A program made the translations under genes and the position numbers. A DNA stretch of 64,000 bases, from positions 848,942 through 912,941 of the forward strand of contig CAJFCJ010000009.1 in assembly GCA_904063045.1 (NCBI GenBank), in the 5' to 3' direction. The DNA is from Dimorphilus gyrociliatus (lineage: Eukaryota > Animalia > Annelida). The notes beneath the pieces are model-generated. The model made no database searches. It was not told where the DNA came from and was given only the letters and a program-made list of their open reading frames with translations. Positions 1-12,600 of the stretch are shown piece by piece; positions within the stretch are counted from its first letter, which is position 1, and the number at the start of each line of letters is the position of its first letter.

Positions 1-1756
1 AGAACTTTTTGTTCATTTAATTTAACTCCTCCTTGTCGAATGATTCTGTCAGCGTCCTCTATTTTGTTGAAGAAAAACTAGTTATTTCTATTTTAAAAAG
101 AAATTACAATATTTACTATTTCTTTTAAAGCATTTTGCGGCCATACAAATATCAGACAACTTCATTCCATTCTCAAATTGAATTTGTGTTGTAGAAGCAT
201 TCTTAAATAGATTCTGTAATTCAGTACCATCTAAGTCTCCTATCATTTTAGCAACGTCTTCATTTTTGCCAAAGAGAATTGCAGAATATTTTTCTGCTAT
301 CTCTACTCCCACCTCTAATAATTTTAATATTATAAGAAACACATTAAAAGACAAATGATCTTCATTTACCTCCGTGAACTAATTTCACTACCTCTACTGC
401 AAGTTTTTTCTGAGCCATTCGTTCGGATGGATTTTCCTATGTTTTAAAATAGTAACAAACAAGATAAATATGAAGTATTAACCCGGATTGTAAAATGTAC
501 TAACAAGATGTAAATTTATAAGTTTCTTTATGGAATCTATAGGTAAAAAAGTAAATAATGATAACATTCTTTCCATATCATCGTCAGGGAGGTTGATAAA
601 AAACTTCAAAAATAGTAAAAATAACTTTAAAGAGCAATATCATTATTTTTCCTTATTAATTACAAACTTGATATAACTCGTATGCGGAGGTTTGAATGCC
701 GTCTAACCATACTGAATTTCCAGCACTCTTTCCCAATTTGGCGCCACTCGAATCTGTAATTAGTGGGACAGTTAATCCAAAAACAGTATCTTTTTTAACT
801 CTTTGGATGAACTCGTATCCAGAAACGATATTTCCAGTTTGATCATTTCCTCCAATTTGAATATAGCAATTATATTTGTTCATTAAATGAAACCAATCGT
901 AAGACTGGAATATTTGATAAGTGAACTCGCATAGACTGAGACCTTGCTCTCCCTTTAATCGAGTTTGGACTCTATGGAAAACATACTATAGTTACTTAAG
1001 ATTGTTAATAATATCATAAAATATAACGGACGTTTCTCTACTCAGGAGAGGACCCATTCTAAAATGCCTTCCGTATGTTGACAAAAATTCTACCAGATTT
1101 ATTTGGGAATACCAATCTTCATTATTGAGAATACTGAAATAATAGAGGGGTTTATATTAAAATGAAAATGTATCGCTTAACATACGTAAAAGATCCGGGA
1201 TTATCTTTTTGAAACATATCATCGAAATTCTTTTGTATTTTTTCAATTATCATTCTTATTGAGGACACATTTTCTCTTATATGAATTTTATCAATAGGAT
1301 TTCTTTCACTATTTTTTCCACTAGGGTCACCTATTTGTGCTGTAGCACCACCAATCTGTAAATAAATTATTGTTTGTCAGATGTTCATTGTTGTAATTTT
1401 AAGGATATTAACGAGGACAACAGCATTATGTCCAGCTCTTTGACAATGTAAGAGTGCAATTAACGGTAACAAATTCCCTATATGTAGACTACTTGCAGTT
1501 GGATCTATACCGAGATAGAAACACTGAGGGGATGAAAGTTTGGCCTCTAACTCATTCCTCCTGTAAGAGCATTATAGAAACGATTATTAGGGATTTTTTT
1601 GGTTACTTATTAGAGAGTCTTTACAAAGTATTAGGAAATATATTTTGCAGAATCCCTCTCTCTTGTAGATTTGATGTGTTTAAGCTGTACTGTCCATACT
1701 GTCTGGTGAGTTGGTTGTAATATTTAAAAACTTGCCTCCCGGTACGAATGAATGAC
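1..1756 (-). CDS. YARS2: Mitochondrial tyrosyl-tRNA synthetase; multi-exon, 3' end runs off the window, first coding exon not resolved
   Basis: Manual minus-strand translation gives [19 protein letters not shown] (HIGH motif, ~1470-1530), [11 protein letters not shown] and KLGKS (KMSKS motif, ORF 656-883), and an S4-like C-terminus [19 protein letters not shown] at ~1-60. GT-AG introns keep the frame. Confidence 0.93.
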
Positions 1757-2200
1757 CTGTGAGCGATAACAGACAATAATTAGGGGAAAAGTACTTATTT
1801 TTCACTTTTGAAATTATGTTTCTTCCTAATGCATAATTTTTCAAATTGTATATTTTTTTAGAAGTTTTTTTATTTCAAGAAAGAACAACAAAATGAAGTT
1901 AAATAGTAGAAACGTAACAAAAAAAACTAAAATTAAGAAACTAACATTGTTTAATGAAAACTGGGGGGAAAAGATTCCAGAAGAGCCAGAATAACAATAA
2001 CATCCATTTCCCAATTGGATTAAAACTTCTAATTAGTTGTTTTATGTCAAATATATCGTTTCACAAAAGTTATTTGAAGTTTCACTTAATTGGCGATTGA
2101 CAAACTAAATACCAGTTTTGGCCGTACCAAAAACAATTACTTCCGTTTTCTGCTACGCGTCATCATATATAGTTTGTGAAATGATGAAAGATTATTGAAA

Positions 2201-5119
2201 ATGTGGTCGTTGTTCACAAGAGATCCTTTGAAAGAGTTTGCCTATGAAGTTGAACAGGAGCTTCCTGGTATAGAAAATCGAAGCGATTGGCAGTTTTGCC
2301 TGGGAAAACATAAGGTGCGTAATATCTTTATTTTAGAGTATTAAACGACATCTTTCGAATATTTTTAGACGACAGGAAGTCCAGTGACAATACTAAAATT
2401 TCCAATAGCCGAACGAAATGAGGCGCAAAAGAAGCGGGCCAAAAACTATTTTAAAACTCTTAAAACCATGAAACACCCTAATATTCTAACGTATATTGAT
2501 GGTATAGAGGTTTGTGTTTTCTTGAAAATTTCCTCTGCATTGTTTTAAAAACAATCTCTTATTATAGACTGAAAAAGAGATGCTTTTAGTAACTGAATAT
2601 TCCACACCTTTAAAAGTGTACCTTCAAGACGAAATTGAACGTGGACCTAGAAGAGAAATGGCAATATCCTGGGGATTACACCAGATATCTGTATGTACAC
2701 ATACTCGATCTTGATTGTTTTAAATACGTGATTTAACGATGAACAGAAAGGACTCTCATTTCTCAACAAAGATTGTAATCTTGTACACAATAACATATGT
2801 ATCTCATCAGTATTTGTTACTGAAAATGGGGAATGGAAACTAGCTGGATTCGAATATATTTACTCAGCAAAAGAAAACGTTGACTATGGTCCAAGGTTGT
2901 CAAGCTTAGCTGCGTACGAGCCTCCAGAAGGATTTTCAGGAGTAAGACCTCCGAAAGCCAAACTGTATGTAATTGAAATTATAGATGTTCGTTAATATTA
3001 CGAATATTTTTAACATCTTCCAGGGCTATTGATAGCTGGGGTTTGGGATGCCTAATTTGGGAATGTTATAATACACCCATAACCAGATCTAACCAGTTGA
3101 AAGATACTCATGAGGTTTGTCTATCCTTTGAAGACAATACAATATCGAATTATCCTCAATGTACAGTAATGAAAATTTGTCTTATTTTTAGATTCCTAAG
3201 TCATTGTTACCAGTTTATATAGAGCTGCTAAGCACAAACGTAAAAATCAGGCCCACATCATTAAAATTTATTGAATTGTGTAGAAAAAATAGATGTTACA
3301 TGGATAATAAGTTTGTGGATTGCATGCTCTTTTTGGAAGAAATTCAAGTAAGTATTTTTCAAGAGAATTAGTCATGAATTATTTTATCTTTCACTGTACT
3401 AATATACTCTTTCTTATTCTATTAAGATTAAAGAAGAGTTGGAAAAGAATAATTTCTTTTCAAGCCTCTCATCAGTTATAGATTCTTTTCCAAAAAGAGC
3501 CTGTACGAAAAGAATCTTACCTCAACTGCTGAACGCTTTTGATTTTAGTAATATAGGCTCTGCTATATTACCTCCTCTATTCAAAATAGGAGGATTATTA
3601 GAGACAGAGGATTATCAGAAATATATTGTTCCATGTATTGTCAAGCTGTTTTCATCCACAGGTTTATTTCATCTTATACCTTGAATATTTGTTTTGTTAA
3701 AAGTTTTTTATTATTTACAGATAGAGCAACTCGAGTGAAACTATTACAGGAAATGGAGACATTTTGCCAACACTTATCAGCTGATATAGTTAACTCAAAA
3801 ATCTTTCCTAATGTTGTTAATGGTTTTGTAGATACAAATCCAGTTGTTAGGGAAAATACTATCAAAGCAATGATTCATTTATCTCCTAAACTTAACTATA
3901 AAAACCTTAATGAAGAGCTCATGAAACATTTTGCTCGCTTGCAAAGTAAGGATGACCAGGGTGGTATTCGTACTAATACAACAGTCTGTCTTGGAAAAAT
4001 TGCTTGTCATCTTGATCCGAGAAATCGACAAAAGATTCTAATTTCTGCTTATACAAGAGCATTAAAAGATCCATTTCCTCCAGCAAGGCAAGCTGGAGTT
4101 TTGGCCATAGCTGCAAGTCATCATTTATTTACTCTAGCTGAAAGTGCTCATCGTTTACTTCCCTGTCTATCGCCTTTAACTTTAGACCTTGATAAAAATG
4201 TAAGAGACCAAGCTTTCCGCGCCATGAAATGTTTTCTAGGCAAATTGGAAAAAGTATCCGAGGATCCAGATTCTATAACAGAAATGGAAAAAGACGTCAA
4301 TGTTGGAGGTGTTACTAGAGGTTCTTCTGCTGCTGCTTCTTGGGCCGGTTGGGCTGTCAGTGGAATGTCCACATTAACACATAAACTTTATAAAAACAAT
4401 AAAGATCGAACTCCTCCGAAGAAGACGACGGTTAATAAACCCAAGTCACCAGAGGCCTCTAGACAACCTGACAACACTTCTGAAACCAGAACTGAAACTA
4501 CGACACCAGAGAATGTAAGCGATGATGAAAGCGAGTGTGGATGGGATAAGGTAGAAAATTGGGGAAATATGAATGACAGTACAGAGGACACTGAAAATAC
4601 TAACTCAAAGGACGGATGGGACGATGAAGAATGGGGAGATATGGATGAAACTGCTAATGATGGTAACGATTCTTTCGTAGAAACAGAGGGAAATCATAAT
4701 ACAGTTTCTTCATATAACTGGGGACAAGACGTTAATAATGATGATTTCTTCAACTCCCTTGTCTCCAAAGATAAAGTCAGTTACTTTATGCTTTAGTATA
4801 TATCAAAGAAACTAATCTGTATAATATTTTAGCCAAAAAAGACCTTATCAAAGTCAACTCCAGCAACTAATACAGAGAAAACTTCATGGGAAAGCAACTC
4901 TTGGGATACCGAGAATTGGGACCCAATTGAAGAACCTCGTAAGTTGAATTGAACTGAATAAGATTTGAAACTCGACTAAATATTTTCCTAATAGCTGCAG
5001 ATGACCATAAAAAGAAAATGATAGAAAAACAAGCCGAGAGGAAGAGGCAGATTGAACAAAAAAGAGCAGCTAGGCAGGCATCCGGTGCAATGAAATTGGG
5101 CAGCAAAAAATTGACATAG
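2201..5119 (+). CDS. SCYL1: N-terminal kinase-like protein SCY1-like 1 (pseudokinase plus HEAT repeats); multi-exon
   Basis: Starts MWSLFTRDPLKEF. HEAT region contains DDQGGIRTNTTVCLGKIA and ALKDPFPPARQAGV. An acidic tail is followed by the C-terminal COPI-binding-like MKLGSKKLT*. Introns are ~50-60 nt. Confidence 0.95.
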
Positions 5120-5159
5120 GATATATCATTTGTTTCTGATATAATTAAAAACTTCTGAT

Positions 5160-5411
5160 TTATTTCGAACTATTACAACGTTTTTCAAGCTCTTTTATCT
5201 TTTTATCTACTTCACACATAACTTGATCTTTATTGGCTCGAAAGAATATGTTTGATTCTTTTTTATATACTTTGGCGTCCTTCTTCAGAGTGCTCAACTC
5301 AAACCTTAAAACCTATGGAAAGTGGTACATACTTTGTAATACAAATGGTATTTTAAAAAGTTTAATGACCTTAGTATCTTCCAAATCCCTTGCCTCTTCT
5401 ACTTTTTCCAT
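5160..5411 (-). CDS. ASDURF-like small prefoldin-beta-type protein (64 aa, 2 exons; intron 5313-5369)
   Basis: Spliced translation MEKVEEARDLEDTK|VLRFELSTLKKDAKVYKKESNIFFRANKDQVMCEVDKKIKELEKRCNSSK* resembles human ASDURF as I recall it ([26 protein letters not shown]...ELKK). Not in the ORF track. Confidence 0.7.
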
Positions 5412-5859
5412 AGCGTTTTTCTGAAATTTCCACTGTATCCGAAATTTTTTCCTCTGGTTTAGCTTCAAGCTCAAAGACTTCTTTATTTAATAGCTTCGTC
5501 TGATCTTGCAGAATGCGAATTATATCTATCGATAAAAAATACTTATTATCATTAAATAACCGTTAAAGAAAAAAATATATACAATCCCTGGAATCCTTTT
5601 TTTGATCAATTAATTTAGATAGCCGTAGTGCAGTTTGTTCTGGAGGTTCTATTTGGTCTCCAGTAGTGTTAAAGTAATTTTTGCGAAATTCTTCGTCTTC
5701 GTTCCTCTGTAGTCGTTGATAGAATTATGGGTCAATAAGTTAGTTATCTCTAAAATCTCTTACATTTTGTATTTCTTTAATCTCTATCAACAGACGAGAT
5801 ATTTTTTGCATATAATATTCCCTTTCCGTTGCAGCTTCAATTTGTACTTCAGTAGACAT
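5371..5859 (-). CDS. Uncharacterised coiled-coil protein (124 aa, 3 exons; introns 5707-5763 and 5526-5582); overlaps the ASDURF-like ORF by 41 nt
   Basis: Two 57-nt GT-AG introns join an open frame, MSTEVQIEAATEREYYMQKISRLLIEIKEIQN|RNEDEEFRKNY...|YIIRILQDQTKLLNKEVFELEAK...GKGFGRY*. No family recognised. Confidence 0.7.
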
Positions 5860-6422
5860 AACAGTGAAAATTAATGTCAACCTTAACTGGAATAAATAAG
5901 TACATTCAATATTTGGAGAGGCGTTAGCAGTAATCTTTTTTAAGTCACGTTCGCTTTGAACAATCTCTCATTTCAACAAGATCATTAAAATCGAAAACAA
6001 GAATGTAATTTTTTCAAACTCAGGCTCAGAAATTAATATAAAGTAGTATATAAGCGATTGTTGAATGGATAAAATACCATCTTCAGATATATAACAGATC
6101 ACATAGAAGTTTAAGAAATTAATTACAGACCTTTTAAGTCCGTTACGAAACTTCCTTTGCATTACGGACTGGCTAAATTCCGCGTGTAATTATAGAGGGC
6201 TGTCGTGTTAGACTTAAATGTGTTAAGTGTGATTTTGATGTACTGAAAATCAACATTTTTTTGAAAATTACAATTTTTTTATTTTTTCAAAGCTTTTTTT
6301 AAGGGCACAAATTGCTAGAGCAATTCTCAGACAAAATACCCTAGGCAAAAGTTTAACTTATGTTGCAACAGGGTGTCCGACTTTATCTGCCACTAAATTA
6401 AACTAACAGGATTATAGTTATG

Positions 6423-8021
<1,599 letters not shown>

Positions 8022-8738
8022 AACTTCAGAGTGTAAGCCGACTTGTTTTCAGGTAGCCACTCTAACTAAAAATAGTCGAAGTAAATTTGAAAAAATAAAT
8101 GAATATCGATTTAATTGAAATTATTTATTCTTTATTATATGATGGACTTATTTAGCGAATAATAAATTTATGTTTGTAATAGACTTGTGAATTATCACCA
8201 GTTTTTACGAATCAACGGTTATTATATTGTCGCTCGCTGGCTCTTTAACATTTTTCAGAATGTCTGGGTAAGTTTTGACAAAATACAATTTTGAGTCATA
8301 GACGTTTGAAGCCTCTGTGTTTTTTTCCCTTCGTTTGTTATCTATATTGCATCTTTCCGAGTTGTTTTGGAGCAAAACAACATTTATGGAATCAAGCATT
8401 ATTTTCAAATTCATATATCTAATTCGTGCATTTGAAAAATTTTAAGCTGTAGTCTATAATCACATAGTGAAATGAAATTTGTAATATGAAATTATAAACA
8501 ATAAATTACTCTATTACGGGCCTATATAGCATCGTGCCTACCAGTATCAAAAACGGCCTATATATAATGATATAAATACACATAAACATTGTTTTTTTTG
8601 TCATTCATCTTGTTCATTTTATATTTATTCGATTACAAATCATGAGAAAGAGGCTGTTAGAAAGAAGATATTCATCTCCACTCCCAGATTTGTAGTATGT
8701 TGTTTCATGTAATATTAATAATGAACTAATGAAATTAG

Positions 8739-9230
8739 GAAATTTACGTCATTTCTTCAAGATATCTATTCCGCCATTTTTGTTTGTACTTATCAAAGCA
8801 AGGACTAGAGTTATCAATAGAACCAATTGGGTACAGCATTCATACAATAAAGAGGCTGTGGTTGATAAACTTGCACTTTATAATGACGCATGATTTAAGC
8901 CTGTAAATATAATATTCTATTTGTGCTGTCTTTTAGTTGCCTTCAGGCGGAAAACCTTCGTAATGTAAATCTTTTCTTGACTTATAATCACTTGAAATCT
9001 TTCGAGATCTATAATTTCAATTCCAAAATAAAGGAATCTCAGCTCATATTACTTTTGAAGGGTAACTATTTATACAAAATTTATAATTTAAGAACTCGCT
9101 AAGAAATTGTAGTTATAATTCATCCATAAGTTAAATTTACTGAAAAAATAATGTATTTCTATTCTAAAGTACTTATTGATTCTCCCCTTGCTTGCCCGTG
9201 TGTATTTACAATATTTCATACAATGTAATC
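8739..9230 (+). pseudogene. Possible degenerate leucine-rich-repeat coding remnant
   Basis: An ATG-less open frame at 8899-9102 carries two LxLxxNxL-type motifs (NLFLTYNHL, LLLKGNYL). An LRR-CT-like DSPLACPC lies at ~9178-9200. The pieces join only through atypical introns, one of 34 nt. Confidence 0.3.
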
Positions 9231-9650
9231 CAAGACTTTAAGCAAGCTTTAAATTAGTAACAGTAATGCCGTATATTGCAAACTAGAAAGGAAGGTTTCT
9301 TATTGTAAATATTTTGTTCATTAAGTTTGCTAAGGAATTTAGAAAAATGCAGGTAGCAAACTCAAGGAAACTACAGTTTAGTGGGAAAAAATGAACTGCT
9401 ACATATGATATGCGAAAATAAGTTCCTTCTATCTTCAAATATCGTTCGGTTCATGTTAAAGATTACTGGGCTTGAAAGTTTTAATTATTTGGTAGGCTAA
9501 TGTATCGATTTCATTTTGAAAATGGCCTCTAAAAGGATTAAGAATAGTCTTTTGTTGGTTTTTGACTGTTTATTACTTTCAAGATTTCGTTTTATTTTAT
9601 ATTTTAAAGTACCTTAATGTAAATTTTTTTTCAGTGCAAGTCCGGGACAA

Positions 9651-12600
9651 ATGGCAGAAGTTAGCTTGACTAGTCCGCCTGGAACCCACATAGAATTTAG
9701 TGATGGCTCAATGCCTTGTAAGCATTTTTTTTCTATAAAAAAGAATCATGTGCTTCATATTTTCATAACTGTAATTTTATCTGTTCTTGCTACACAATGA
9801 AATTCATATATATAGTATATTAATTTATGAAAAATTCATGTATATATTTTTAACATAAAAAATCTCAGTGGTTATGAAAACTGCAAGTGGAAGAATGTCT
9901 CCAGTCAGGACTATGACAATGAAGGAGTATGACCAGGTTTGTTTACAAAAGAAAATATTTGTTGCTTCTAGTATATTAGTTAAGAACGCCTGAGTGTTGT
10001 GTGTGACAGGCTAGTTGCAGCTGCCCCCGTGTTCATACTGCACGATTTTCACTCCATCTGATTTATTTGCACCAGGTATTTCTAGTTTTCAGTAACCTAT
10101 TGTTCGTTTCTTAACCAAATTTTTTTTATTTAACCATTTTTGGTGGATGATGTTTTTTACTATTGCCAATCAATAAACACACCCTTGTTGTAATAAGAGT
10201 AGTTTTGAAATCTACAATGATAATCTTCGCCTTATGAGTTAATGAAGTTCTTTTCATATATTTGTTTGGTAAATAGATTTCTTTGTATAAAAAGAGAATT
10301 TTTAGAGTGCAGAAAAATGGGTTTGATTTTTTTTAATATAATTTATGTTGTTTTCTCTTGTGTATGGGAATAGGCAAACTACTTTTATTCATTGCATGTA
10401 ATAACTTTTAGAATTTTTGTAATACGAACATTTTTTTAGTATTATGTTATTTTTTTTTAAACAGCAACTAGCTGAACTGAAAAAAGAAAATTTTAACTTA
10501 AAACTACGAATCTATTTTCTGGAGCAGAATAGTAAGAAAGGTGGCGTGCTAGATTCAGAGCGTGAGATTATTGACATCAAAGTTGAAAATGAAAGCTTAA
10601 AAAAAGAGATACAAGATAAAACAGAGATTTTAAAAAGAGCTAGCTCAGCAATTGATACTATTTCGGCACAACATCAAAATGAAATAACAGAAATCAAAGA
10701 AAAATTCTCACATGCTGAAAGAAAAGTTGAAGTTTTAGAAAGAGAAAATAGAAAATTAAATGGAGAGTTGAAAGATTCTTTAACGTCTTTAGATGATAAA
10801 GATAATCAACTTAAAGAATCCTTTAGAGAGATGAGTGACTTAAAGTCTATCTTGGTCACAAAAAGTGAATTTATTGAGAAACTTGAAGAGCAGCTACAAT
10901 CGAATGGTAATAATAACAATAAACTTGACGAAGCCAGTTTTAAATCAAAAATTGAAAAACGAAATACTATTATTCAAGAATTAACAAAGCAACTACGGGT
11001 TGACAAGAAGGAATTGGAGAAGAAGGAGAACGAAATCAAAGTAGTTTTTTGTTTCTTGTTTAATCATAATACTCTTAAACTATTTAAATGATTCTTTTGT
11101 TAGGAGTGTAATGAGAAAATAGAAGAGCTAAAGTCTAATTATGAGAATAAAGTCAATATGGGAGAGAGACGGGAACAAATTTTACAAGTACGTGTTTTGT
11201 TTAATGATTGCTGTGTTGAGAGTGTACACTTTAGTTTCTTATCTTTATTCTCAAAATACTTAAGCTTCCCAAAGAAAGAAAATACTGTTATATAAGCTCT
11301 ATAAAACCTGTTTACTTTTTTTGCTCAATAATTTCAGAGAAATTAAGTACAAAAGAACTTAATTTCTTGTTTGGCAGTCTTTAGATAAAATTAAGTTTTT
11401 TCCTGTTTTCTGTTTTCTTCACTAACAAATTTCTTTCCCCTGTTTTTGCATAAACTTAACAGACGGATGAATTAAATGGTAAACAGAACTTACTGGATGA
11501 TTCAAATAAAACAATCAGCTCGAGGGATCATCAGATTGAAGAGTTTAGTAAGAATTTAGTGCAAAAAAATCGTCAACTGGACAGCATTGATAACGACGGC
11601 CTTATAAGCAATCTACGCGAGGAGATCGAGAGCCTTCGCTCAGACTCGGAGAAACAACATGAAAATTATACAAAATCCGTTGAAGAATTGACAACTGAGT
11701 TGAAAGCGGTTAAGAATGAATTAGAGCAACGAGATGTAGATATCTGTAGGGCCAACGAAATCTTAGCTGAGACTGAGCAAGCTATGGATTGTCTTCGAAT
11801 TCAAACAACCAGAGCAGATAGAGAGAGGGTTAATGCTGAAGCCCAATTAGAACAATTAAGGAAAGAGCTTGACAGTTTAAGAGCAGAAAATGAAAATCAA
11901 TTAGCCGAACACGAGGCAATTGTTCAAAATTTAAAAGCCTCTTTACACCATAAGCAAAAAGAGTTTCAAGAGGATGATAACTACGTGAAGCAATTAGAAA
12001 ATGGAGAAAAATCAGTTAACTTGATTGAGAATTTAAAGAGGCAGCATTTAAAAGCAATAAATGAACTCCGACGGGCTAGCTTTGAGAAAGACGAAGAATC
12101 AAGACGACTTGTACACAAGTTAGAAGCCGAATTAGAAGAACTAAGAACTGAATTAAGCGACACTAGGACAGAAGTAAACAGAAAAGATTTGGAAATAGAA
12201 AAACTCGACAGAAGATCTAATTGGGTGGAAGAAAATAATCAAGAACAACTTGAAAAGCTTAGAGGTATTGTTAAGGAGAAAAACACACTTATTGACACGT
12301 TGGTTAAAGCTGCAGGAGAAAAAGAGGCAATATTAGATAGATTGAGAAAAGAGAGGGTAAATATGTAATTTATTTAATAGTTGTTTATTTTCTTGTTCAG
12401 CATATTTATTTTTTCCTTTTGCATTTGTATATTAAATACCAATTAAATTAACCGATAATCCTCTTGGTTCCTTATAGTATTGATCTGTTTACTTTGTTGC
12501 TTAGGTTGAAGGCATCGACAGTTTCGTTAGACGAGCTCAACAGTTATCTGAAAACTTAAAAACAGACCGTTTGGACGAAAGGTAAGTTTTAATTTTATTT

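Noticed and set aside
8205-8414. 69-aa minus-strand ORF upstream of PSMC4
   Set aside because: No recognisable motif, and I could not link it to other exons with typical introns. Left unresolved within the 8.2-9.2 kb finding.
8745-8900. Minus-strand frame with a single in-frame TGA (possible selenoprotein)
   Set aside because: No Sec-typical context, no SECIS recognised, and the frame is the antisense of a fully open plus-strand frame.
11338-11346. 9-nt AGAAATTAA island with upstream TGC in a centrosomin intron
   Set aside because: It reads R-N-stop in phase and the donor (gtacaa) is weak. It could be a poison microexon, but support is too thin.
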